Source: Pontiella sp.
GTDB lineage: Bacteria; Verrucomicrobiota; Kiritimatiellia; Kiritimatiellales; Pontiellaceae
Reading direction: 5' to 3'
DNA length: 64,000 bases
Assembly: GCA_050290185.1 (NCBI GenBank)
Contig: JBNKHE010000001.1
Coordinates: 258,713-322,712 of the forward strand
Each line of letters starts with the position of its first letter. The first letter of the stretch is position 1. The notes beneath the pieces were generated by a model, which ran no database searches, was not told where the DNA came from, and saw only the letters and a program-made list of their open reading frames with translations. Made by a program: the position numbers and the translations under genes. This document shows, in pieces, positions 32,232 through 46,539 of this stretch.

Positions 32232-33236
32232 CTACTCGGCGGGCGGAACCGTAATGCTCTCTGCCGTCTGGGGGACCGGTTTCATGGTGCCGTCATCGTT
32301 GTAGTAGAGGTAGTCGACGCATACGCTGCGGCGGCCCGTGGTTCCCTTCTGACCGTTCAGCGTGAGCGTGGCGTTGTGGTAGAACAGATACCACTGGTCC
32401 TTGAACTCAACAATGCCGGGATGAATCGTAAAACTGTTTTTGGCATTTCCCGACAGCTCGCCCCGGCTGGTCCAGGGTCCGGTTATTTTTTCTGCCGTTG
32501 CATAGCGGATGTTTTCCGAACCGCCCTTGAATCCGGCATAGGTCAGGTAGTAGAGATCACCGCGTTTATGCAGCCAGGGCCCTTCTACATAGCTTTCCAG
32601 TTCGATTTCCTGAATCTCGCCGTCGATCTCGATCATGTTGGGCTTGAGTTTGGCCATAAAGCAGGTCCCGTTGCCCCAGCACATCCAGGCGGTTCCGTCG
32701 TCATCGATCAGTACCGTTGGATCGATGTCGTTCCAGCCGCGTTTATTCGGTGTATCCGAGTCGATCACGAGTGCCTTGCCGCGCGCGTCCTTGAACGGCC
32801 CGGCCGGACTGTCGGATACGGCTACGCCGATAGCCTTACCCATATGGGGTTCCCCGTGCTGCGCCGTCGTGTAGTAGTAGAACTTCCCATCCTTCTCCAC
32901 CACCTGCGATGCCCACGCTTCTCCGGTGGCCCATTTAAAGTCCGTCGGCTTTAGCACAGAACCATGCGAAGTCCAGGTTTTCATATCCTTCGTGGAGTAA
33001 CAGAGCCACTCGGTAATGTTGTAGTACGGGCCACCGTCCACGGCCTCGTCGTGACCGACGTAAACGTACAGTGTATCCCCTACCACCAGCGGGGCCGGAT
33101 CGGCCGTGAATGCATCGCGGAAAATTGGATTTTCCTCCAGCTTGAATGTCCTGTCTTTCGCGGAACAGATGCCGTTTCCCAGCACTATGAAAAGCAGACC
33201 GAAGGTCAAAATTCTCAAGTTCATACCCTTATCCAT
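32232..33236 (-). CDS. Single-domain GH43 glycoside hydrolase
   Basis: TADPAPLV, WASQV, DIDP, EGPW; signal peptide. Close paralogue of the GH43 domain in 10349..13948. Confidence 0.9.
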   Translation of the reverse strand: MDKGMNLRILTFGLLFIVLGNGICSAKDRTFKLEENPIFRDAFTADPAPLVVGDTLYVYVGHDEAVDGGPYYNITEWLCYSTKDMKTWTSHGSVLKPTDFKWATGEAWASQVVEKDGKFYYYTTAQHGEPHMGKAIGVAVSDSPAGPFKDARGKALVIDSDTPNKRGWNDIDPTVLIDDDGTAWMCWGNGTCFMAKLKPNMIEIDGEIQEIELESYVEGPWLHKRGDLYYLTYAGFKGGSENIRYATAEKITGPWTSRGELSGNAKNSFTIHPGIVEFKDQWYLFYHNATLTLNGQKGTTGRRSVCVDYLYYNDDGTMKPVPQTAESITVPPAE

Positions 33237-33349
33237 CCTTATGATTCTGGTGTGAAAACTGATAGAAATTCACACGTTGATTTCTGCAAACGGAAATGCC
33301 CCCTTCACTTCCGCATAGGTTAAAGAGGGTACCGCATCTGGTCCTGTGC

Positions 33350-35747
<2,398 letters not shown>

Positions 35748-36016
35748 ATCCAGATTCCTTTGCGTCAGTGACTGAATGGCGATTGCGACATACAACATGC
35801 AACAAATAAAAATACCGCATGCGTTGAATTCATCAATCCCAGAAAATGAATGCAATATACCGACTGGTGAAACTCCCTTGCCGTCTGAGCTTTCGCGCAT
35901 GTCGGATGGCAAAGTCCTCGATTTCAATAACACGGAGCTGAAATTCAACAATCACAATACCCATGGCCGCGATCAAGGCGTATATACATACTATGTATTT
36001 TGGATTAGAGCCCTGC

Positions 36017-37351
36017 ATGAACAACAATAGACTTCAACTTTTGGCCCTAGCTTTCGGGGGGTTACTTTGCCTCTTTAGCGCCCATGCCCAGAATCCACTC
36101 GTCATGAATCAGTTTACGGCCGATCCGACGGCAAGAGTCTTTGACGGGAAAATCTATGTCTATCCCTCCCACGATATTTCCCCTCCTCCAGACGCTCGCG
36201 CGGACTGGTTCTGCATGGAAGACTACCATGTCTTCTCGTCGGAAAACCTGATGGACTGGACGGATCACGGCGTCATTGTCAGCCAGACCAACGTACCTTG
36301 GGTAGATGCATCGACCTACAGCATGTGGGCTCCGGATTGCGTGGAAAATGACGGCAAGTACTATTTCTATTTCCCCGCCAAGAACACGTCGGGTGAATTT
36401 TCCATCGGCGTGGCCATTTCGGAGACACCCTATGGCCCCTTCAAACCGGAATCCAAACCGATCGAGGGCGTACAGGGCATCGACCCGTGCGTATTCATCG
36501 ACACGGATGGCCAGGCCTACCTGTACTATTCCCTCGGCAAGATATTCGTGGCCAAACTGAAGAACAACATGCTGGAGCTGGATTCCGAACCGCAGGTGAT
36601 CGACAACCTGCCCACGCAAGGTCTTCTGGAGGGCCCCTTTGTCTTCGAGCACAACGGCATCTACTACTTGACCTATCCGCATGTGGAAAATGAAACCGAA
36701 CGGCTCGAATATGCCACCGGAAAAAGCCCGACGGGGCCCTTCAAACCCGAAGGCGTCATTCTGGACGAATCGTCCAGCGGCTGCTGGACGGTCCACCACT
36801 CCATTCTGGAATACAAAGACCAGTGGTATCTGTTTTACCACGACCGGGACCTCTCCCCGGAAGACGATAAACGGCGATCGATACGGGCCGACCGTCTGTT
36901 TTTCGAAACGGACGGCGACATCAAAAAGGTGATCCCCACCCTGCGCGGCATCGGAACAGCCGACGCCAAGTCCACGCTGCAGATCGACCGCTACAGCGAC
37001 ATCGGCAACAACGGCGCAACCGTAACATTCCTCGACAACGCAAACCGCCATGCGGGATGGAAAACAATTTTCTCTGCAAGCCGCTCCTGGATTCGCTTCA
37101 ACCGGGTCGACTTCGGGAACGCCGAATTAAAGTCGGTAAACATCCGCGCGCGTTCCCTAACGGGAGGAACCCTTGAAATCCGGCGCGACAAGAAAAACGG
37201 CCCCTTGATCGCGCAAGTTGAAATCGAAAAAGGGTCCGAATGGAAAACCGTGAAGGCACCCCTGCGCAGCGCCCCATCCGGCGTACATGATCTTTTCATT
37301 ACCCAGCGCCGCAAACAGGATGTCGAGCTCGACTGGATCCGCTTTGAATGA
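36017..37351 (+). CDS. GH43 xylosidase/arabinofuranosidase + C-terminal CBM6
   Basis: TADPTARVF, WAPD, IDP, EGPF; CBM6-like C-terminus (VDFG...GVHDL...LDWIRFE). Only + strand gene of the locus. Start at ATG 36017. Confidence 0.9.
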   Translation: MNNNRLQLLALAFGGLLCLFSAHAQNPLVMNQFTADPTARVFDGKIYVYPSHDISPPPDARADWFCMEDYHVFSSENLMDWTDHGVIVSQTNVPWVDASTYSMWAPDCVENDGKYYFYFPAKNTSGEFSIGVAISETPYGPFKPESKPIEGVQGIDPCVFIDTDGQAYLYYSLGKIFVAKLKNNMLELDSEPQVIDNLPTQGLLEGPFVFEHNGIYYLTYPHVENETERLEYATGKSPTGPFKPEGVILDESSSGCWTVHHSILEYKDQWYLFYHDRDLSPEDDKRRSIRADRLFFETDGDIKKVIPTLRGIGTADAKSTLQIDRYSDIGNNGATVTFLDNANRHAGWKTIFSASRSWIRFNRVDFGNAELKSVNIRARSLTGGTLEIRRDKKNGPLIAQVEIEKGSEWKTVKAPLRSAPSGVHDLFITQRRKQDVELDWIRFE

Positions 37352-37402
37352 TAGACGCGTGCTTCCCAGCCGCGTTACCGAGTGGGAACTCCGTTCCTGT
37401 GG

Positions 37403-37917
37403 CTACTGCCGATCTATATCCAGCTTGAAGTAGCGGTTGGTCGATACCCCATCAATCGCAACGCTGAAGTCCAAAGTTGAACCCGTACCTGCCTGTCCAA
37501 CGCCAACCGGCTGCCAGTCCGGTGTTGTCAGGCTGTCGGATGCCCATATCCAATAGGTATGGCCCGGCACCGAATTCGAGACCGCCAGATTCAAGTTGGT
37601 GCTATCGGCAATTGCATGATCCGCAATGAAATATTCGCCAGGTACAATGACCGCCGACGGAACGGCATTGGTCTCGCTCGAATCACTGCTTTCCCCTCCG
37701 GTATTTACGGCGCTGACCACATAGTAATAGCGGGTTCCGGCACTCAGTCCGGCGGTGTCGCTGTAACTGGTCGAAACCACGTTCGAACCCACGGTTTCAT
37801 ACAGTGCGCCACTGGTGATTGAACGTTTCACGTTGTAGCTGTCCGCACCGGCGGATGCCGTCCACGACAGGTCGATCCGGCTATCCGAAACCGCAACCGC
37901 TCCGAGTCCGGCCGGGG
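37403..37917. repeat. ~0.5 kb direct repeat (FN3 + C-terminal domain), copy A
   Basis: Aligns with 41068..41582 at offset 3665; 37728-37851 is identical to 41393-41516 (124 bp). More diverged copies start at 17795 and 10349. Confidence 0.85.
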
Positions 37918-40900
37918 CCGCCGGAGGCATCGGGTCCGGAGCAGCAAGCCCATAAAACTCGATTTCGGCAACATTGCAGAAACCATCTGTCGGTCCGTAG
38001 TAGCGCACATAGCGGTAGGCGCCGGCACCCGATATGGCGTTGGTCGTATATACACCTTCGGATGGAGCGGACCCCACGGTGTACAACGTAACCACATCGC
38101 TGCTGAAATCCGCCGTGCTGGAGGCTTGGAACACCCCGCCAACCATGCGTCCGGGGAATTGGGAACCTGAGCGCGGGGCAAAGCGAATTTCGGTTACAAC
38201 GGCGGTATCGCCCAGATCCAGCCCCGTCCAGCCGCCGGTGGCCAGATCGGAGTCGAAGAAAGTGGACAGGTTGCCATCGAATGCAGCATCCCGCGTGGTG
38301 GTGGGATCGCCACCCCATGAACCGGTAGTGCCGATGACGGTACCTGTGAGCACACGCTCGGTCAAGGTGGTGGCCTTGGCACTGTCGGCGCTCTCGCCGT
38401 CCGAGGAGACGGCGCTGACCACGTAGTAGTACGTCGTTCCGGCAGACACGCCGGTATCGCTGTAGTTCGTTGTGGCAACATTGGCAATCGTTGTGTACGG
38501 CCCTCCGCTACTGGTGGAGCGCTTCACGTTATAGCTGTCGGCACCATCGGATGTCGTCCAGACCAGGTCAACCTGGCTTACAGAAACCAGCGTAGCGGCC
38601 AGACCAGTCGGAGCCGCAAGGGGCCAGGGCGACAGGTAGGAGCCGGAAATCACTTCGCGGCCGATGCCGGGGCGCTGCCAGGCCACCGCGAGGTTGTCGC
38701 CCCATCCGCCTTCCTTGTGCCGGACTTCGATGTAGTAGCGCTGTCCGCCCGTCAATGCGATCGCCGCCGACTGCTGCTGGGCGTACTTCGTCCACTCGCG
38801 CGAATCCGTCCAGTCCGGCACGGACGCGATCTTCACCGCATTCGCCGGATTGTCGTCCGTGCTCAGCCACAATTCGCTGTTGTCGTCGCTGGCGATCCAG
38901 AACGTGTAGTTGACGCTGTACGATGGATGAAGATACCCGCGCACCCGGGTGCCATAATTGTCCGCGAAGTCCGTCGGGGCTTCAAATGAGGTGAGTTCCC
39001 CTGAGCCGGTGGGATGGTCGGGATAATTTGGATCCGACGTCAGGTCGCCGACCGACGACCCGCTGATCCCCTCCCACCACTCGCGCAGGATCGTGCCGCT
39101 ACCGCCTCCGGCGAGGGGCGTGATGTCGCCAGCTTCGCTGGAATAGCCCGACTCGTTGCCCGAACTGTCAACGGCCGTGACCGCGTAGTAATAGGTCGTG
39201 CCGTTGGTCACGGACGCATCAAGGTATTCCGAGATCGTGAGATGGTCAACGGGAAGCGAACCATTCAGCTTGCCGTAGCCCGAGCCGGACGTCGTCGAGC
39301 GGTAGACGTTGTAGCCGACCAGATCGGACTCGCCGTTGTCGTTCCAGTCGACCCAGACCTTCCCTTCGGCCGGCGTAGCCACCAGACCGGTCGGTACCGC
39401 CGGCGGCGTTACATCCCGGAACAGCGCAGCGTCCGGGATCAACGCCTTGGCAAAGCCCGGCCCTTCCCAGCGAACTTCAAGGCCTTCGCCCATGTTTTTT
39501 TCAAACATGGCGACCCGGATTGCATGCTTGCCGGCCTCTAGGGCAACTGTGCCGGAGACGTCCCCCATGCCGTGGAGACCGTCGTTGTCCACCACTTCCG
39601 GCGGACCGACGTACAACTTGCTGCCATCGTCCGAACTCGAGTAGAACGTGTAGGTTCCATTCGTCGGGATGTCGATGTAGCCTTCGAACACATACGCGAA
39701 ACCGTCGGCGCTGCGCGATGCGTAGGCATTGATGTCGAAATTTGCGCACAACCCGCTTGCGACCGGCGTGAGCGCGTCGAAATCCGGCACCGCATACCAC
39801 ATGCCCTCGTAGTACTTGTAGGTCAATCCGTTCACCGCTTCCGCTGGAGCCGGATGGCTTGGAATGGCGTTGCCGGGCGCGGACCAGGTGTAGTCGGCCC
39901 ACCACTCGAACGAATCCCGTCCGCAGGCAATCTCCGGATAGGTCCAGTTGGCCGGCCCCCCGGACAGGTTGCCGATCACCTCGCCGTTCATGCCGGTCAT
40001 CCAGCTGATGTTGCCCGCGGCATCGAAGAGCGTCTTTGTGGTGATGCCCCATCCGTCCGTTGTTGCCCGGCGAAGCCCCTGGTCCTCATCCATGGTATTC
40101 CACGAGCCCTCCGTGATCATCACCGGATGCACGTCCGAGCAGAGTTTGAAATCGTTGTTGAAGTTGTCGATGATCGTCGCCGGGTCGTTGTTTCCGATGG
40201 GATACCAGTGTCCCGAGTAGCCGATGTTGGTTCCTGCAACGGGATAATCGACGAAATTCTTCAACTTGGCCTGCCAAATCAGCCCCGGAACCCAGACCAC
40301 ATTGGTAGCCCCGGTGCTCCGTATCGCATCGACGATATCCTGCATGTAGTCCTGCATCGCAACGGCATGGGCGGTGGTTTCCGTTCCCCAGTCGCCGTTG
40401 CCCAGAACGGATTCGATGGTTACCGGTTCATTGAGAATCTCAAACATCACGTTGTCCGCATTCTTGATGCCGGGATAGGCCGCGATCCGCGCCCAATAGT
40501 CGATCAGGTTCTGCTTGTGCTGTGCGCCCATCAGTTCGCCCTCGAACGGCACGCTTCCGATAAGGACCACGTAAAGCCCGCGCGAGCGGCAGTAGTCGAT
40601 GTACGGTATATACAGATTGTCCCATGCCCGATCGGCCAGGTCGCCATCCACCAGCCCCGTATCGCCCCACCCGGCGCCGGGTGCCGCTATGCGCACGAAA
40701 CTTTGGTACCAGCCGTGGGTCCGGCCAAACAGCGGCGAAGTATCCGTCAACAGTTCGGCCTGCTGCTCCAGGATGCTGAGGGCTCCGGCGCAATCCGCCG
40801 CGGTATAGGTGGTCGGCTGGGTAAACAGGCGTTCGTTGAAATAAGAGTCGTTCGGTTGCATCCATCCGTGGAGAAGGACGTTTTTCCCGTTCGGATCCTT

Positions 40901-41023
40901 CAGGTAGCGGCCATCGACGTGCAAGGACGGCGTTTCCATTCCCACCCAGGCCTGCACCCCGGTGACAAACCCGGCAAAAATCGCCAGAGCCACCACAATG
41001 CGCTTGCATTGCATGTTCTTCAT
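37403..41023 (-). CDS. GH5 (subfamily 21-like) xylanase + 2x PA14 + FN3 repeats + CBM62-like + conserved C-terminal domain
   Basis: LHVDGRYLKDPNGKNVLLHG, FEILNEP, MITEG; PA14 motifs SSDDGSKL and ASDDNSELWLS; ends RYFKLDIDRQ. Confidence 0.85.
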   Translation of the reverse strand: MKNMQCKRIVVALAIFAGFVTGVQAWVGMETPSLHVDGRYLKDPNGKNVLLHGWMQPNDSYFNERLFTQPTTYTAADCAGALSILEQQAELLTDTSPLFGRTHGWYQSFVRIAAPGAGWGDTGLVDGDLADRAWDNLYIPYIDYCRSRGLYVVLIGSVPFEGELMGAQHKQNLIDYWARIAAYPGIKNADNVMFEILNEPVTIESVLGNGDWGTETTAHAVAMQDYMQDIVDAIRSTGATNVVWVPGLIWQAKLKNFVDYPVAGTNIGYSGHWYPIGNNDPATIIDNFNNDFKLCSDVHPVMITEGSWNTMDEDQGLRRATTDGWGITTKTLFDAAGNISWMTGMNGEVIGNLSGGPANWTYPEIACGRDSFEWWADYTWSAPGNAIPSHPAPAEAVNGLTYKYYEGMWYAVPDFDALTPVASGLCANFDINAYASRSADGFAYVFEGYIDIPTNGTYTFYSSSDDGSKLYVGPPEVVDNDGLHGMGDVSGTVALEAGKHAIRVAMFEKNMGEGLEVRWEGPGFAKALIPDAALFRDVTPPAVPTGLVATPAEGKVWVDWNDNGESDLVGYNVYRSTTSGSGYGKLNGSLPVDHLTISEYLDASVTNGTTYYYAVTAVDSSGNESGYSSEAGDITPLAGGGSGTILREWWEGISGSSVGDLTSDPNYPDHPTGSGELTSFEAPTDFADNYGTRVRGYLHPSYSVNYTFWIASDDNSELWLSTDDNPANAVKIASVPDWTDSREWTKYAQQQSAAIALTGGQRYYIEVRHKEGGWGDNLAVAWQRPGIGREVISGSYLSPWPLAAPTGLAATLVSVSQVDLVWTTSDGADSYNVKRSTSSGGPYTTIANVATTNYSDTGVSAGTTYYYVVSAVSSDGESADSAKATTLTERVLTGTVIGTTGSWGGDPTTTRDAAFDGNLSTFFDSDLATGGWTGLDLGDTAVVTEIRFAPRSGSQFPGRMVGGVFQASSTADFSSDVVTLYTVGSAPSEGVYTTNAISGAGAYRYVRYYGPTDGFCNVAEIEFYGLAAPDPMPPAAPAGLGAVAVSDSRIDLSWTASAGADSYNVKRSITSGALYETVGSNVVSTSYSDTAGLSAGTRYYYVVSAVNTGGESSDSSETNAVPSAVIVPGEYFIADHAIADSTNLNLAVSNSVPGHTYWIWASDSLTTPDWQPVGVGQAGTGSTLDFSVAIDGVSTNRYFKLDIDRQ

Positions 41024-41067
41024 TTCTTTCTCACTCTTCTCTGAGTCCGTACGTTTCGCGCCTATCC

Positions 41068-41582
41068 CTACTGCCGATCGACATCCAGCTTGAAGTAGCG
41101 ATTGGTCGATGCCCCATTAATGGCGACGTTGAAGTCCAAGCTTGAACCCGTACCTACCTGTCCAACGCCGACCGGCTGCCAGTCAGGAGTAATCAGATCC
41201 TCGGTGGCCCAGATTCGGTAGACATGGCCCGGCACCGAATTCGAGACCGTCAAATTCAGATTGGTGCCATCAGCGATTGCATGATCCGCAATGATATATT
41301 CGCCAGGCACAATGACCGCCGACGGAACGGCATTGGTCTCGCTCGAATCACCGCTTTCTCCTCCGGTGTTTACGGCGCTGACCACGTAGTAGTAGCGGGT
41401 TCCGGCACTCAGTCCGGCGGTGTCGCTGTAACTGGTCGAAACCACGTTCGAACCCACGGTTTCATACAGTGCGCCACTGGTGATTGAACGTTTCACGTTG
41501 TAGCTGTCCGCACCGGTGGAAGCGGTCCACGACAGGTCGATCCGGCTATCCGAAACCGCAACCGCACCGAGTCCGGCCGGAG
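41068..41582. repeat. ~0.5 kb direct repeat (FN3 + C-terminal domain), copy B
   Basis: Partner of 37403..37917; same alignment. Confidence 0.85.
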
Positions 41583-44277
41583 CCGCAGGAGGAAGGACGA
41601 ATCCAGAAACATGGTCGAACGTCGCCGTACACAGCGCGGAATTGTTATGGGCGGTCACCGCCAGGCCAACGTAGACCGTGCTTCCCATGCTGATCGTCTG
41701 CGGCGATCCCTGCTGCGTCCAGCTGGTTCCATTCGCCGAGCGGTAGGCCGTGAAGGAGTTTCCGCTGCGCACCAGCTTAATCCAGTACGGAGCAACCAGA
41801 CCCGGGATGTTGCTAAAACCGGTGGAGCCGGCGGTGGTCGAACGCCACTGGAAGGAGATGCCGTTGCCGGGCGTCACACAGATCATTGCATTCGGGGCGT
41901 TCGTATCCAAGCTGCTGCGTATCATGATGCAGCCCTTCGCCCACGGATCGGTGTAATCCAAACTGGCCACGCGCGCCACCAGCGCGCAGTCGCCGGTTGC
42001 TTCCGTGTAGACATAGCGAAACGCGTCCGCGGTGTTCCAGATGTCGTCCCCCGAGCCGGTGACGGTGAATGTCCCGTTGCCGATGGAGACGCTGCCCTCA
42101 ATGCCCACCGATCCAATGTCCTGCGTCGACCATGGATCGGGGCAAACGAATACCTCGGTGCTGTTCCCGCTTTCCCCGCCGGCGTTCACCGCCGAGACAA
42201 CATAGAAGGCGGTTGCTCCGCCGAGCGCGTTGGTGTCCGAGAAGGCGGTGGCAGAGAGGCTGGCGATCGTCGTGTAGGGCCCCCCGCTGACCGTCGCGCG
42301 CTTGACGTTGTAGCTGACGGCGGCGGACGAGGCTGACCAGGAAAGCTCGACCTGGTCTCCGTTGGGAAGGGCCGACAGGCCCGTGGGGATCTCCGGCGGC
42401 GCCACCTGCGGCTCGTAATGGAGGAATTGCACCTCCGCCACATTGCCCCAGCCATCGTCGGGCGAAAGATAGCGGACATAGCGGAAGGCATTCGTACTGG
42501 CCGACGCCACCAGCGTCAGTACGCCCCCCGGCGGCTCGCTACCAACGGAGGCCAGCACGACCGCGTCGCTGAAGTCCGGCTGGTTGGCCCCTTGGAATAC
42601 GCCTCCCACCATGCGGTACGCAAAGTGGCTGGAGCGCGGGCAATACTTGATTTGTTCAATGCTATGGCTTGAGCCGGCGCCGAAGTCCAGCCCGGCCCAG
42701 GCCCCGCTTCCGACAGGGGCGTCGAAGAAGGTGTCCAGGTCGTTGTCGAACACCTTGTCGATGGTGCTGTCCGAGTTGTTATAGGAACCCTCCGTGCCGA
42801 TGACGGTGCCGGAGAGCACGGCGCTGGACGGACCGGCCTGGACGATGCACGAGGACATCTGGTTGTCGGCGTCCGGCACGAGCGCCCCCAACGCCTCCGT
42901 GTCCGAATCGAGGATCCACGACGTTCCACTGAAATTGTCGTCTGCGTACAGGGTTACGGTCCAACCGAAGGGGATTTGCGCCGAGGAGGCCCAGTTGTCG
43001 GATACGCCCATGGCAGCCAGCTGCGACGCGGTGTAGCTACCCGCCGCCAGGGGCTGGCCAGCCGTTCCTCCATAGTTTTCGTTTTGGTAGAACACGACGC
43101 CCGTACTGCTCGTTTGCGTGAACGTAGTCACGCTTTGTGCCGGAAGCGTTGCCGCGAAACCGCCGTTGCGGACAGTGAAGCCGCCGATGTCGGACATGCT
43201 TTCGTTGGCGGAGGTCCGGTAGCCTTCGAAGGTGGCGGCATCGCCGTTCATAATGAAGAATGGCTGGGTGACGGCGCTTGTATTGGCGTTTACCGCCACG
43301 ATCACCGTTTCGCCGTTGACCCGGTAGGCGGTCACATAAACGTCGGAAGAAGGGTTGTAGTCGGCGGAAACCCGGACAGATCCGGGCCGGACCCATTTCG
43401 CAAATTGGCCGATGGTGTAGGCGTTTTTGAAGATGGTTCCGTTGCTGTCGACCAGGTTACCGTACGTGTCGTAGTCGGCGACCCACCACCAGAAATAGGC
43501 GCTGAACCAATTATTCATGGCATCGGACATTTCCCTGGCGAGGGTGATGCAGTTGCCCATATTGTATTTGGCGTCGTCGATGTAGTGCTCCGTCATCCAA
43601 ACGTGCTTGCCCTTGGAAAGTGCATTTCCATGCACATAGTTGCCGCTCCCGTAGAAGTGGCCCGCGACGATATCGATATTACCGACCGCCGTGGAATCGT
43701 TGAGCGTCGGGTCGGAATAGGAGTCGTTGAAGCCCAGGGCCTCGGGCATCACGACGGGAACACCGATGTTCTGCGCGTAGTCCCGGCAGAAGACCCTCAG
43801 CTGCTCCCCGTTCCAGACGCAGCCTTCGTAATCCGGATTCCAATCGGGCTCGTTCTGAATCGAAACATAGTCCAGCCCGATGCTGGTGGCGGCCTGGTCC
43901 AGATAGTCGGCATAGTCGGCGTAATACGCGGGCAGCAGGGACCCGTGGACAACATTGGTATTGTCCTTCATGTACGCGGGCGGCGTCCACGGCGTGCCGA
44001 GGACCGTTGCGCCGTGCGCATGCGCCGCGGCGGCATTGGCGGTCTCGTCGGCCCAATACTGGTTTGGATCGATGCGGATGCGCAGCAGCGACATGCCGAT
44101 CGTATCGTAGAGCGCGTTGTTTTTTACGGCGGAAAGCTGTCCACTCCATGCACTTGAAAAACCGAATCCGTCGATCGTCTGCTGGTCCGAGGCCATGTCC
44201 ACGCTGCACACGGCAGCATGGGCGTTAATGGAAAATACGGCCGCCACAACGGCAGCGCACGTTTTCTTAAATTTCAC
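41068..44277 (-). CDS. GH30_8-like endoxylanase + beta/gamma-crystallin + CBM62-like + FN3 + ConA-like + FN3 + conserved C-terminal domain
   Basis: QTIDGFG, PWTPP, SIQNEPDW, WMTEH, LPAQSVTTF. GTG 44277 with RBS GGAG gives a signal peptide; ends RYFKLDVDRQ. Confidence 0.87.
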   Translation of the reverse strand: MKFKKTCAAVVAAVFSINAHAAVCSVDMASDQQTIDGFGFSSAWSGQLSAVKNNALYDTIGMSLLRIRIDPNQYWADETANAAAAHAHGATVLGTPWTPPAYMKDNTNVVHGSLLPAYYADYADYLDQAATSIGLDYVSIQNEPDWNPDYEGCVWNGEQLRVFCRDYAQNIGVPVVMPEALGFNDSYSDPTLNDSTAVGNIDIVAGHFYGSGNYVHGNALSKGKHVWMTEHYIDDAKYNMGNCITLAREMSDAMNNWFSAYFWWWVADYDTYGNLVDSNGTIFKNAYTIGQFAKWVRPGSVRVSADYNPSSDVYVTAYRVNGETVIVAVNANTSAVTQPFFIMNGDAATFEGYRTSANESMSDIGGFTVRNGGFAATLPAQSVTTFTQTSSTGVVFYQNENYGGTAGQPLAAGSYTASQLAAMGVSDNWASSAQIPFGWTVTLYADDNFSGTSWILDSDTEALGALVPDADNQMSSCIVQAGPSSAVLSGTVIGTEGSYNNSDSTIDKVFDNDLDTFFDAPVGSGAWAGLDFGAGSSHSIEQIKYCPRSSHFAYRMVGGVFQGANQPDFSDAVVLASVGSEPPGGVLTLVASASTNAFRYVRYLSPDDGWGNVAEVQFLHYEPQVAPPEIPTGLSALPNGDQVELSWSASSAAVSYNVKRATVSGGPYTTIASLSATAFSDTNALGGATAFYVVSAVNAGGESGNSTEVFVCPDPWSTQDIGSVGIEGSVSIGNGTFTVTGSGDDIWNTADAFRYVYTEATGDCALVARVASLDYTDPWAKGCIMIRSSLDTNAPNAMICVTPGNGISFQWRSTTAGSTGFSNIPGLVAPYWIKLVRSGNSFTAYRSANGTSWTQQGSPQTISMGSTVYVGLAVTAHNNSALCTATFDHVSGFVLPPAAPAGLGAVAVSDSRIDLSWTASTGADSYNVKRSITSGALYETVGSNVVSTSYSDTAGLSAGTRYYYVVSAVNTGGESGDSSETNAVPSAVIVPGEYIIADHAIADGTNLNLTVSNSVPGHVYRIWATEDLITPDWQPVGVGQVGTGSSLDFNVAINGASTNRYFKLDVDRQ

Positions 44278-44343
44278 AGATCTACTCCAATAAATAATGA
44301 ACCGTGCCGCACGGCAGCCAAACATGAACCGCGTCCCGCCAGG

Positions 44344-46469
<2,126 letters not shown>

Positions 46470-46539
46470 CTATTCCTTTCCTATTCTCCGAATGGAGTTA
46501 AATCCTCTCTAAACAGTCCATGACGAAAACACGCTCCAT

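Noticed and set aside
33250..33275. GTGTGAA-N12-TTCACAC as a CRP site
   Set aside because: Spacing does not match TGTGA-N6-TCACA; single occurrence, may be just a hairpin.
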